From an uncultured delta proteobacterium (GTDB taxonomy: Bacteria; Desulfobacterota; Binatia; Binatales; Binataceae): a DNA stretch of 64,000 bases. This document shows positions 18,943-28,112 of the stretch, in pieces. Under the pieces are notes generated by a model. It was not told the origin of the DNA. It saw only the letters and a program-made list of their open reading frames with translations, and searched no databases. How positions within the stretch are numbered: position 1 is the stretch's first letter; every line of letters begins with the position of its first letter. The translations under genes were made by a program, and so were the position numbers. Where the stretch lies: contig CAWDXY010000001.1 in NCBI GenBank assembly GCA_963806485.1, forward strand, positions 270,212 through 334,211, in the 5' to 3' direction.

Positions 18943-20307
18943 ATGGCGCCCGTGATCAAAGACGCAATCGTGATCGGCGCCGGGTTCGCCGGACTCAGCG
19001 CCGCGGTAGCGCTGGCGGAGCGCGGCGTGCGGGTCACGGTGCTCGAGGGAAAACCGGCGCTCGGCGGGCGCGCGTATTCGTTCGCCGATGCGGACACCGG
19101 CGATTTCGTCGACAACGGACAGCACGTCCTGATGGGTTGTTACGGCGAGACGCTCGACTTCCTCAAGCGGATCGGTGCCTACGACCAGTTGGTGTTTCAC
19201 GAGGATTTGGAGATCGAAATGCTCGCGGGTCCCGGACGGAGCGCGACTCTGAAAACAGCGCGGCTGCCCGGACCGCTGCACATGACGGCGGCGTTGCTCG
19301 GTTACCGGCATCTAAGTATCGCGGAGCGGATCAGCGTGATGCGCGGCGGCCTTCGCATGCTCGCGATGAGACGGTTTGGCGGCGGCGAATTACGCACTAT
19401 CACCGTTGCGCAACTGATGGATCGCCTCGGGCAGTCGGAACACGCGCGCCGGTGCTTCTGGTACCCGATGTCGATCACGACTCTGAACGACGAGCCGGAA
19501 TCGTCGTCGGCGCAACTATTGGCCGAGGTCCTGAAGCGCGCATTCTTTTCGCGCCGCCGCGACTCGGCGTTCGTTTACTCCCGAGTCGGCCTGACCGATT
19601 TGTACTGCACAGGCGCGAAGCGGTTGGTCGAGCGCGCCGGCGGGACGGTGGCGACGCATTCGATCGTCGAGATGCTCGAAGTTGGCGAGCGCGGCCATGT
19701 CGAAAGCGTGCGGCTGCGCGACGGGCGGCGAATCGAGGCGTCGAATTTCATCAGCGCGGTTCCGGCGCCTCAATTGCTGCGGTTTCTGCCTGAGAATGCG
19801 GTTGCCGATCCTTTTTTCTCGCGCTTGGTGGGTCTTTCGAGCTCGCCGATCATCTGCGTCCACGTGTGGCTGGATCGCGAAGTGACTAATTCGCCGTTCA
19901 TCGGTTTTATCGGCACCACTACTCAGTGGCTATTCAATAAACGTCAGATATTTGCGCAGCGCGGCGAGGCGCATCCGGGCTACTTGAGCTTCGTGATCAG
20001 CGGCGCGCGGAAGCTGGTCGATCGCAGCAACCAGGAGATCCTCGATATCGTCATCAACGATCTTCACGCTATGATCCCCGCGTCGCGCGCGGCGAAGGTC
20101 GTCAAGTCGCTGGTGCTGAAGGAGAAAAACGCGACGATGGCGCCCGACCTTCGATCGCATGAGTTGCGTCCAACGGCGAAAACGCCGATTGCGAACTTCT
20201 TCCTGGCCGGCGACTGGATACAAACCGGGTTGCCGGCGACTATCGAGAGCGCCGTGATTTCGGGACGGGCCGCGGCCGCTGCGGTCATAGCGCGGACCGC
20301 CGAATAG
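18943..20307 (+). CDS. hpnE: FAD-dependent amine-oxidase-family protein HpnE (hydroxysqualene dehydroxylase)
   Basis: N-terminal FAD motif VIGAGFAGLSAAVAL, about 450 aa, directly downstream of hpnC/hpnD. Confidence 0.75.
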   Translation: MAPVIKDAIVIGAGFAGLSAAVALAERGVRVTVLEGKPALGGRAYSFADADTGDFVDNGQHVLMGCYGETLDFLKRIGAYDQLVFHEDLEIEMLAGPGRSATLKTARLPGPLHMTAALLGYRHLSIAERISVMRGGLRMLAMRRFGGGELRTITVAQLMDRLGQSEHARRCFWYPMSITTLNDEPESSSAQLLAEVLKRAFFSRRRDSAFVYSRVGLTDLYCTGAKRLVERAGGTVATHSIVEMLEVGERGHVESVRLRDGRRIEASNFISAVPAPQLLRFLPENAVADPFFSRLVGLSSSPIICVHVWLDREVTNSPFIGFIGTTTQWLFNKRQIFAQRGEAHPGYLSFVISGARKLVDRSNQEILDIVINDLHAMIPASRAAKVVKSLVLKEKNATMAPDLRSHELRPTAKTPIANFFLAGDWIQTGLPATIESAVISGRAAAAAVIARTAE

Positions 20308-20322
20308 CTACTGTCTAATCGA

Positions 20323-21327
20323 ATGAGTACCAAGTTGGCATTGGTGACCGGCGGCAACGGATTCGTTGGTTGCCACGTAGTGCGCGCACTGCTTGCCCGC
20401 GGCGACCGGGTGCGAGTGCTGGTGCGCGAGAACGCGGATTTGAGTGCGCTGGCGGGTCTGCCGATCGAAGTAGTGCGCGGCGATCTCCGCTACTTCGATT
20501 CCGTCGAGCGCGCCGTGAAGGGATGCGACGAAGTTTATCACGTCGCCGCGGATTACCGGCTCTGGCTTACAGATTCGGCGCCGATGTACGCGACCAATGT
20601 CACCGGTACGCAGTATGTTATCCGGGCCGCGGTCAGCGCGGGAGTTTCGCGAATCGTTCACACCAGCACGGTGGGGGCGCTCGGGATTCCGCACGGCGGA
20701 GCGGGACGCGAGGACACGCCGTCGTCGCTGGCCGACATGCCCGGTCACTACAAGCGATCGAAGTACCTGGCCGAGCAGGCGGCGCTGGAAGCCGCGCGCG
20801 CCGGCGCGCCGGTGGTGATCGTGAATCCGTCGACGCCGATTGGCGCGCTCGACTTCAAGCCGACGCCGACCGGCCGAATCATCGTGGATTTTTTGAGCCG
20901 GCGCATGCCGGCGTATGTGGAAACGGGGTTGAACATTGTCGATGTCGAGGATGTCGCGCGCGGCCATCTGCTCGCGGCGGAGCGCGGTCGAATCGGCGAG
21001 AAATATATTCTGGGCGGCGACAATCTCACGCTCAAGGAATTTCTTGGACGGCTCGCAGCAATTTCCGGGCTGCCTGCGCCGAAGATCAGAATTCCCTACG
21101 CGGTGGCGTTTGGCTACGCGCTCGGGGCTGAAGCATTCGCGCGCACCGTCACGCGCCGAGCGCCGCGGGCCAGCCTGACCGAGGTGCGGATGGCGCGCAA
21201 GCGGATGTTCTTCGACTCGTCGAAGGCGCGCGCGGAGCTGGGCTATTCGCCGGGGCCGATCGACGCGGCGATAGCGTCGGCGATAGAATTTTTCAGATCC
21301 AGAGGGACGGCCAGGAGCGCCGCGTAG
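20323..21327 (+). CDS. hpnA: NAD-dependent epimerase/dehydratase, hopanoid-associated sugar epimerase HpnA-like
   Basis: N-terminal GGNGFVG Rossmann motif and YxxxK (YKRSK). Position matches hpn clusters. Confidence 0.7.
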   Translation: MSTKLALVTGGNGFVGCHVVRALLARGDRVRVLVRENADLSALAGLPIEVVRGDLRYFDSVERAVKGCDEVYHVAADYRLWLTDSAPMYATNVTGTQYVIRAAVSAGVSRIVHTSTVGALGIPHGGAGREDTPSSLADMPGHYKRSKYLAEQAALEAARAGAPVVIVNPSTPIGALDFKPTPTGRIIVDFLSRRMPAYVETGLNIVDVEDVARGHLLAAERGRIGEKYILGGDNLTLKEFLGRLAAISGLPAPKIRIPYAVAFGYALGAEAFARTVTRRAPRASLTEVRMARKRMFFDSSKARAELGYSPGPIDAAIASAIEFFRSRGTARSAA

Positions 21328-21335
21328 GCCCCGCG

Positions 21336-22235
21336 ATGCATCTGCTGCTGTCCACGATCGCGCTGCGCCCGTATGTGTTCATCTTCCTGGCGAGTTTTCT
21401 GTTTATTGCAGTTGTGAACTTCGGTCTGCGCACGACGTTGCTGTTTACGGTGCTGACCTACGCCGTGTCGCTCGCGTGCGAGTGGTCTTCGGTCCACAAC
21501 GGATTCCCATTCGGGCTGTATCACTATATAGACGCGACCCGCGCGCGCGAGATTTGGGTGTTCGGCGTGCCGTTCATGGATTCGCTGTCGTTCACGTTCC
21601 TCGCGTTCGCCAGCTACACGGTCGCGCTGTTGCTCAGTTCGCCGCTTTATCGGCGCGGTGCTGATATTCGGATTCTTGACACGTGGGAGATTCGCCGCGC
21701 GCCGCGCGTATGGCTGATGGCGGCGCTGTTCATGGTGATGGTGGATATGGTCGTCGATCCGCTGAGCGTGCTCGGCGAAAGATGGTTCCTAGGCAAAATT
21801 TTCTGGTACGACCCGCCAGGCCCGCACTTTGGCGTGCCGATCAGCAACTATCTCGGATGGTATTTCGTCGCCACGATCACGATTGCGATTTTCCAGTGGC
21901 TCGACGCTGCGTTCAATCGCGGTGCGACCAAGCCGGCGGGCTCGCTTCCCGTCATGCCCTCGCGTGCGCTGCTGGGTCCGGCGCTCTACGCGGGGATCGT
22001 GATCTTCGGAATCGAGATGCTGTTCCGAGTCGACGCGCCGAATATCGGGTGGGCCGCGGTCTTTATCTACCTGCCGTTCACGGTGCTCGCGATTCATATC
22101 CTCACCCGCCGCGAATCCTGGGGCGACGCCGCCGCCATCGAACGCCATCTCGCGGATTTTCCCTACGAGCGCGATCTTCCCGTCTGGAAGCCAACGAGCG
22201 ATCGCAAGCACGAGTTGCGCCGCGCCACCGCGTAG
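21336..22235 (+). CDS. Polytopic membrane protein, carotenoid/hopanoid-cluster-associated (DUF422-like)
   Basis: 299 aa with about 7 predicted TM helices, embedded between hpnA and an SDR. Family assignment is tentative. Confidence 0.5.
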   Translation: MHLLLSTIALRPYVFIFLASFLFIAVVNFGLRTTLLFTVLTYAVSLACEWSSVHNGFPFGLYHYIDATRAREIWVFGVPFMDSLSFTFLAFASYTVALLLSSPLYRRGADIRILDTWEIRRAPRVWLMAALFMVMVDMVVDPLSVLGERWFLGKIFWYDPPGPHFGVPISNYLGWYFVATITIAIFQWLDAAFNRGATKPAGSLPVMPSRALLGPALYAGIVIFGIEMLFRVDAPNIGWAAVFIYLPFTVLAIHILTRRESWGDAAAIERHLADFPYERDLPVWKPTSDRKHELRRATA

Positions 22236-22312
22236 CGCCGCCCTTCCAAATTTTCACCAAGTGTGACAAGCGTCGATCGTCGACCAGGATTAGGCAGGCG
22301 AGGTGACTCAGC

Positions 22313-23107
22313 ATGCTGCTCAAGGACAAAGTTGCGTTGATAACGGGCGCGGGTTCGGGAATCGGCCGCGCCAGCGCGATTCGGTTCGCGCAAGAGGGCG
22401 CGAAGCTGATGGTCGCCGATGTGCGCGCGGAAACGGCGAGCAATACCGCGGCTGAAATCGAAAAGGCGGGCGGCGTCGCGAAATCGATATCGGTGGACGT
22501 GCGCATCGGCGCCGAAGTCGAGCGCATGGTCAACGAAACCATCGCCGCGTTCGGCCGTCTCGACATCCTGTTCAACAACGCCGGCGTCTTCGTGCCGAAA
22601 AGCGTGGTGGACACGAGCGAGGAAGAATGGGACTGGGTCGTGGACGTGTGCCTGAAAGGCGTATTTTTCGGGTGCAAGTATGCGATCCCGCAAATGATCA
22701 AGCAGGGCGGCGGTGTGATCATCAACACCGCCAGCGGCGCGGGCATCGAAGGCGTGCCGAATCTCGGCGCCTACCAGGCGGCGAAGGGCGGCGTCGTTAT
22801 TATGTCGAAGGGGATCGCGCTCGACTTCGCGCGTCACAAGATTCGATGCGTGTCGATTTGTCCGGGCGTGATCGAAACGCCGATCGCCGAGAATTGCAAC
22901 ACCGTTCCAGCCGGCGCGTCGCAGTTGGTTTGGGAGCGCACCGGCAACATGCATCCGCTCGGGCGCAACGGCAAGCCCGAAGAGGTCGGTGCGCTGGCGG
23001 CGTTCCTCGCGTCGGACGAGGCGGGCTTCATCACGGGCGTCGCGGTGCCGATTGACGGCGGTTTCAGCGCGGGCGCTTTCGCGCCGCCGGCGCGAGAGCA
23101 CGCCTAG
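22313..23107 (+). CDS. Short-chain dehydrogenase/reductase (SDR)
   Basis: TGAGSGIGRA cofactor motif, NNAG, catalytic YxxxK (YQAAKGG). Confidence 0.8.
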   Translation: MLLKDKVALITGAGSGIGRASAIRFAQEGAKLMVADVRAETASNTAAEIEKAGGVAKSISVDVRIGAEVERMVNETIAAFGRLDILFNNAGVFVPKSVVDTSEEEWDWVVDVCLKGVFFGCKYAIPQMIKQGGGVIINTASGAGIEGVPNLGAYQAAKGGVVIMSKGIALDFARHKIRCVSICPGVIETPIAENCNTVPAGASQLVWERTGNMHPLGRNGKPEEVGALAAFLASDEAGFITGVAVPIDGGFSAGAFAPPAREHA

Positions 23108-23867
23108 CCGCCGCGGGAACCTTGCCGTCGTGCGCGATGGCCGTGAGCGCGTCGGCGATTGCGGCAGTCGCGCGCGAGAGGTTGCGAATCATCCGCGGCA
23201 GCTTGAGCATCGCGCCCGGATTACGCAGCAGGTAGGACGTCGCGGCCAGCGGCCGCACGTTGCCGTTTTCGTCGGCCATCTCCGCGCCAACTATCTCCTC
23301 GTCAACTTCGTCGAGCACCGCGCGAATCGCCACGAACGGGAGTCCGCGCACGGCGGCTTCCGCGCCTATCGCGGCGGTTTCCATGTCCACGGCGATCGCA
23401 CCGGTGCTTTCCTTGGCGCGGCGTTTCTCGGCACCCGTCGCGAGCACGCGATGCGATGTCAAAATCGCGCCGGTCGAGTATGCGATGCCTGCGGACGCAA
23501 GCGCGCGGCCGGTTGCGCGCAAATGCGCGTCACTCGCGACTGTCACTTGTTCTGCAACTCCTCCGCCGGCATCAATTGTCAAAACGCGGTCGCATAGGAC
23601 GAGGTCGCCCGGCTTGAGTCCACTCGAAAGCGCGCCGACGACGCCGGTCCCGATTACCAACTCCGCCCCGGGCATCAGATCGAACGCGCGGCGCGCGGTT
23701 TCGGCCGCGCGGCGGTGACCGATCCCGTGCCCGACAACGGCAAACTGTTTGCCGTCAATCTCCGCGCGAAAGCCATGTAAACCGTCGAGAGCGAGCGGAG
23801 CGCGATTTCGCAGCCGGCGCTTGAAGGGCGCGATCTCGCGCGCGAAGGCGTAGAACAGAAGAATCAA
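23064..23867 (-). CDS. hpnG: Hopanoid-associated phosphorylase/nucleosidase HpnG (PNP/MTAN superfamily)
   Basis: MTA/SAH-nucleosidase-like fold (GTGVVGAL, AIAVDMETAAIG), 267 aa, inside the hpn locus. Confidence 0.75.
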   Translation of the reverse strand: MILLFYAFAREIAPFKRRLRNRAPLALDGLHGFRAEIDGKQFAVVGHGIGHRRAAETARRAFDLMPGAELVIGTGVVGALSSGLKPGDLVLCDRVLTIDAGGGVAEQVTVASDAHLRATGRALASAGIAYSTGAILTSHRVLATGAEKRRAKESTGAIAVDMETAAIGAEAAVRGLPFVAIRAVLDEVDEEIVGAEMADENGNVRPLAATSYLLRNPGAMLKLPRMIRNLSRATAAIADALTAIAHDGKVPAAARRALAPAARKRPR

Positions 23868-23972
23868 TTTCGTGATCTCATTCTGGCGTTCCGGGACGAC
23901 GCTTGAGCGAGCCGTCCGATACTAGCAAAATCGAACGGTGCTTTTGACCTGGACTGACCGCGGTGGCGCGGT

Positions 23973-24833
23973 TTGAAGCGCCTGATCGTTAACGCCGACG
24001 ATTTCGGCTTGTCGCCCGAGGTCAACGCCGGCATCATGCGCGCGCGTCGCGACGGAATTTTGCGCAGTGCGAGCCTGATGGTCGCCGAGCCTGCCGCGCG
24101 TGCCGCCGCCGAGTTGGCGCGTGACGATCCCGCGCTCGACGTGGGGCTGCATGCCGTTGTCTGCCGGGGACGCAGTGTGCTCGACGCCTCGAGGCTTGGC
24201 GCCGCGGTCAGCGCCTCGGGCGAGTTCATCGACAGTCCCGTGACTGCGGGGATGCGATATTTTTTCGACCGCTCGATGCGCGCCGCGATGACCGACGAGC
24301 TGCGCGCGCAGGTCGAGCGGCATCTCGAGCTGGTCGGCTATCTCAACCATATCGACGGCCATCTGAACTTCCACGTCCATCCGCTGTTCGCCGATATTCT
24401 GGTTGACCTCGCCGTGGAATACAAAGTGCCGTGCATCAGGCTGCCGCGCGAGCGGGTGATGACGACGATCCGCCTGCGCCGCGACAATGCGCCCCGCAAG
24501 CTCGTCGAGTCGATCATTTTCCGCACGCTGTCGCGCCGCACCCGCCGCATGATGGCGGAACGAGGCCTCACCTCGACCGACGCGCTGTTTGGACTTCATC
24601 AGAGCGGTCATCTCAGCGAGGACTATGTCGTAGGCGTGATCGATCGCATCCGCGACGGCGTGACAGAGCTTTATTTTCATCCGGCCGCCGATATCGGCGG
24701 AGTCCCGCCCGCGCCCGAGGCGCAGCTCGAGGTCGAGATTCTCACCGGCGCGCGTGTGCGCGACGCGATCGCTCGAAATGGAATCGAGCTGATCACGTTT
24801 GCCGAGCTTGCGAAGAGCAAAATCGCGGCTTGA
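23973..24833 (+). CDS. hpnK: YdjC-family polysaccharide-deacetylase-like protein HpnK
   Basis: LIVNADDFGLS N-terminus is typical of YdjC/HpnK. TTG start. Confidence 0.75.
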   Translation: MKRLIVNADDFGLSPEVNAGIMRARRDGILRSASLMVAEPAARAAAELARDDPALDVGLHAVVCRGRSVLDASRLGAAVSASGEFIDSPVTAGMRYFFDRSMRAAMTDELRAQVERHLELVGYLNHIDGHLNFHVHPLFADILVDLAVEYKVPCIRLPRERVMTTIRLRRDNAPRKLVESIIFRTLSRRTRRMMAERGLTSTDALFGLHQSGHLSEDYVVGVIDRIRDGVTELYFHPAADIGGVPPAPEAQLEVEILTGARVRDAIARNGIELITFAELAKSKIAA

Positions 24834-24896
24834 TTCAACTGTGCATCTGACGTTGCCTGTCAATCGACGAAAACTTCCCGCGCAGGAGACAACTTC

Positions 24897-25412
24897 ATGG
24901 CGGACGTGAAAATTCGGCCCGCGGTGCGCGACGACCTGCCGCGCCTTACCGAGATTTACAACTACTACGTCGTCAACACGCCGATCACCTTCGACCTGGA
25001 GCCCGTGACGGTCGAGCAGCGCGCGCGATGGTTCGATGAGCACGCCGGCACCAGGCGGCATCGGTTGTTCGTCGCGGAAGACGCCGGCCTGGTCGTCGGC
25101 TGGGCGGGCACCGGGCCGTTTCGCGACCGTGCGGCCTACGACACGAGCGCTGAGACGTCGATCTACTGCGCGCACGATGTGACGCGGCGCGGAATCGGTG
25201 CGATGCTGTATCGCGTACTGTTCGACGCGCTCAGGAACGAGGACGTCAATCGACTGCTGGCTGGAATCACCCTTCCCAACGAGGCGTCGATCAAGCTGCA
25301 TCGCAAGTTCGGCTTCACCGAGGTCGGCGTCTTCACCGAATGCGGACGCAAGTTCGACCGCTACTGGGACGTTGTGTGGATGGAGCGTCCGCTGCGGCTC
25401 GCCGGCGAATGA
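24897..25412 (+). CDS. GNAT-family N-acetyltransferase (phosphinothricin-acetyltransferase-like)
   Basis: 171 aa with an acetyl-CoA binding motif region (RRGIGAMLYRVL). Confidence 0.7.
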   Translation: MADVKIRPAVRDDLPRLTEIYNYYVVNTPITFDLEPVTVEQRARWFDEHAGTRRHRLFVAEDAGLVVGWAGTGPFRDRAAYDTSAETSIYCAHDVTRRGIGAMLYRVLFDALRNEDVNRLLAGITLPNEASIKLHRKFGFTEVGVFTECGRKFDRYWDVVWMERPLRLAGE

Positions 25413-25527
25413 ATTGCTCGCGCGCCGACACGGTTTGAACTAGGCTAAATAGTGCGGGGCGCGCGCTCCGCAATTTTTCATTTTCACGTTTCAAACTCGA
25501 TCTGCATATATAAGGAAGAGAGACCAG

Positions 25528-28095
25528 ATGCTCGATCAGGATGGAGCTCCCCTCGCCGATACGTCGCAGGACTATCGCCTGCCGAAAAACGTCACGCCCA
25601 AGCGCTACGACATTCGCCTGACGCCCGATCTCAAGGCGTTCACGTTTGACGGTGAAGTGAATATCGCCGTCGTCGTCAACGAGGCGACCGACGACGTCGT
25701 ACTGAACGCGCTCGAACTCGAAATCGACCAGGTGACCGCAGAACGCGGCGGGAAATCGCTTGCCGCAAAGGCCGAGCTGGAAGCGGCCAAGGAACGCGCG
25801 CATCTGCGATTCACCGGGAAACTTTCGCCGGGCGAATGGACGCTGAAGATCGCATTTCGCGGAATCCTGAACGACAAGCTGCACGGCTTTTATCGCAGTC
25901 AGTACCAGGATGCGTCCGGCAAGACGCATGTCGCCGCGACGACGCAGTTCGAATCCACCGACGCGCGCCGCGCGTTTCCGTGTTGGGACGAGCCCGAGCT
26001 CAAGGCGAGTTACAAAGTCACGCTGGTCGTCGATGAGGGCCTGACCGCGATTTCGAACGGCGGAGAGGAGAGCGAGCGCAAGCTGGCCGGCGGCAAGAAG
26101 GAGGTCGTCTTCAAGGAGACGATCGCGATGTCCACCTACCTCGTCGCGTTCATCGTCGGCGAGTTCGATGCGACCGCGCCGGTCGACGCGGGCACGCCGC
26201 TGCGCATCGTTCACGTTCCCGGCAAGGAGTCGCTGACCAGTTGGGCGAAGCAGATCGGCGCGTTCTCGCTCAAATATTTCGCCGGCTACTACGGCCTCAA
26301 GTATCCCGGCGATAAGCTCGATCTGATCGCGATTCCCGACTTCGCGTCTGGCGCGATGGAAAACCTCGGCGCGATCACGTTCCGCGAGACCGCGCTGCTC
26401 GCCGACGAAAAATCCGCGTCGCGCGCCGAGCTCGAGCGCGTCGCAGACGTCGTCTCGCACGAGAACGCGCACATGTGGTTCGGCGATCTCGTCACGATGC
26501 GATGGTGGAACGGAATCTGGCTCAACGAGGCGTTCGCCACCTTCATGGAAATGCTGGCGGTCGACGCGTGGAAGCCCGAGTGGAAGCGATGGGAGAGTTT
26601 CAGCGTCTCGCGCGCGGCCGCGATGGCGATCGACGGGCTGCGGAGCACGCGCCCGATCGAGTACGAGGTGCGCAGTCCCGAGGATTGCCGCGCGATGTTC
26701 GACATCCTGACCTATGAGAAGGGCGCGGCCGTGCTGCGGATGCTCGAGCAGTTCCTCGGCGCCGACGTTTTTCGCGACGGCATTCGCCTCTACCTGAAGA
26801 AGCATCAGTTCAGCAACACCGAGACCGGCGACTTGTGGGACGCGCTCGAGGCGGCGTCGCGCGAGCCCGTGCGTAAGATGATGGACTCGTGGATTTTCCA
26901 GCCCGGCTTCCCGATCATCGACGCGTCGCCAGCCGCCGACGGCCGCGGACTGAAACTTTCGCAGCGCCGCTTCTTCTATCTCGTCGAGGACAACGATCAG
27001 CTTTGGCATGTGCCCGTGATGGTTCGCGCGAAGACCGACAAGGGCGTCGCGACCCACAAGGTGCTGCTCACCACGAAAGAGACGACCGTCGATATCCCGG
27101 GCAAGCTCGAATGGGCGCTGCTCAACGAGGGCGGCCACGGCTTCTATCGCGTGCACTACGCGCCGCCGTTGCTCGCGGCGATTACGAAGAACCTCAGTGC
27201 GTTGCAACCGATCGAGCGCTTCGGGCTGGTGAGCGATACGTGGTCGGCGACCGTCGCGGGCCTTGGCCCGCTCAGCGAGTTCCTCAAGATGGCGCGGCTG
27301 TTCACCAACGAGACCGACATCAACGTGTGGCGCGCGTTGATTGGTGCGTTCGCGTACCTCGACATGATCGCGTCCGATGCCGACCGGCCCGCGCTCGCGG
27401 CAACCGTGCGCGAGAGCGTCAGTCCCGCCGCCGCTCGTCTCGGCTGGGAGCCAAAGCCCGGCGAGAGCGAGCTCGTCCGCCAGTTGCGCGGCACCCTCAT
27501 CGGCGCGCTCGGCACGCTCGGCGACGATCCCGAGGTGCAGAAGCGCGCGCGCGATCTCTATGCGCGTTTCGAGGACAATCCCGAGTCCGCGGATCGCGAC
27601 CTGGTGCCGCCGCTGGTGAATATCCTCGCGCACTCGGGCGACTCCGCGCGCTACGAGGAGTTCAAGCGAAAGTTCAAAGCGCCGCGCACGCCGCAGGAAG
27701 AGCAGCGCTACCTGTTTGCGCTGGCGAATTTCCGCGATCGCGGCCTGCTGAAAAAAACCATGGAGATGACGCTCGACGGGCAGGTGCGGACGCAAAACGC
27801 GCCGTACCTGATGCATTCGCTGCTGCTCAATCCCGCCAGCCGCTACGAAGCCTGGGATTTTGCGCGCGCGCATTGGGACGAGATGATTCAGAAGTATCCC
27901 GACAACGCGCTGCCGCGGATGTGCGAAGCCGTCGTCGCGCTGCTCGACCGCGAGGACGAGGTCAAGAAGTTCTTCGTCGAGCATCGCGTGCGCCTCGGCG
28001 GCAAGATAATCGATCAGCACCTCGAGCGGCTGAGCGTCGCGGTCGGATTCCGGAAACGCGAAGGCAAAAATCTGCGGGCCACGCTCAAGGGATGA
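25528..28095 (+). CDS. pepN: Aminopeptidase N (M1 family zinc metallopeptidase)
   Basis: GAMEN motif and HEXXH-(18)-E zinc site (HENAHMWFGDLVTMRWWNGIWLNEAFA), 855 aa. Confidence 0.9.
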   Translation: MLDQDGAPLADTSQDYRLPKNVTPKRYDIRLTPDLKAFTFDGEVNIAVVVNEATDDVVLNALELEIDQVTAERGGKSLAAKAELEAAKERAHLRFTGKLSPGEWTLKIAFRGILNDKLHGFYRSQYQDASGKTHVAATTQFESTDARRAFPCWDEPELKASYKVTLVVDEGLTAISNGGEESERKLAGGKKEVVFKETIAMSTYLVAFIVGEFDATAPVDAGTPLRIVHVPGKESLTSWAKQIGAFSLKYFAGYYGLKYPGDKLDLIAIPDFASGAMENLGAITFRETALLADEKSASRAELERVADVVSHENAHMWFGDLVTMRWWNGIWLNEAFATFMEMLAVDAWKPEWKRWESFSVSRAAAMAIDGLRSTRPIEYEVRSPEDCRAMFDILTYEKGAAVLRMLEQFLGADVFRDGIRLYLKKHQFSNTETGDLWDALEAASREPVRKMMDSWIFQPGFPIIDASPAADGRGLKLSQRRFFYLVEDNDQLWHVPVMVRAKTDKGVATHKVLLTTKETTVDIPGKLEWALLNEGGHGFYRVHYAPPLLAAITKNLSALQPIERFGLVSDTWSATVAGLGPLSEFLKMARLFTNETDINVWRALIGAFAYLDMIASDADRPALAATVRESVSPAAARLGWEPKPGESELVRQLRGTLIGALGTLGDDPEVQKRARDLYARFEDNPESADRDLVPPLVNILAHSGDSARYEEFKRKFKAPRTPQEEQRYLFALANFRDRGLLKKTMEMTLDGQVRTQNAPYLMHSLLLNPASRYEAWDFARAHWDEMIQKYPDNALPRMCEAVVALLDREDEVKKFFVEHRVRLGGKIIDQHLERLSVAVGFRKREGKNLRATLKG

Positions 28096-28112
28096 ACGGG
28101 GAGGGAGATTCG

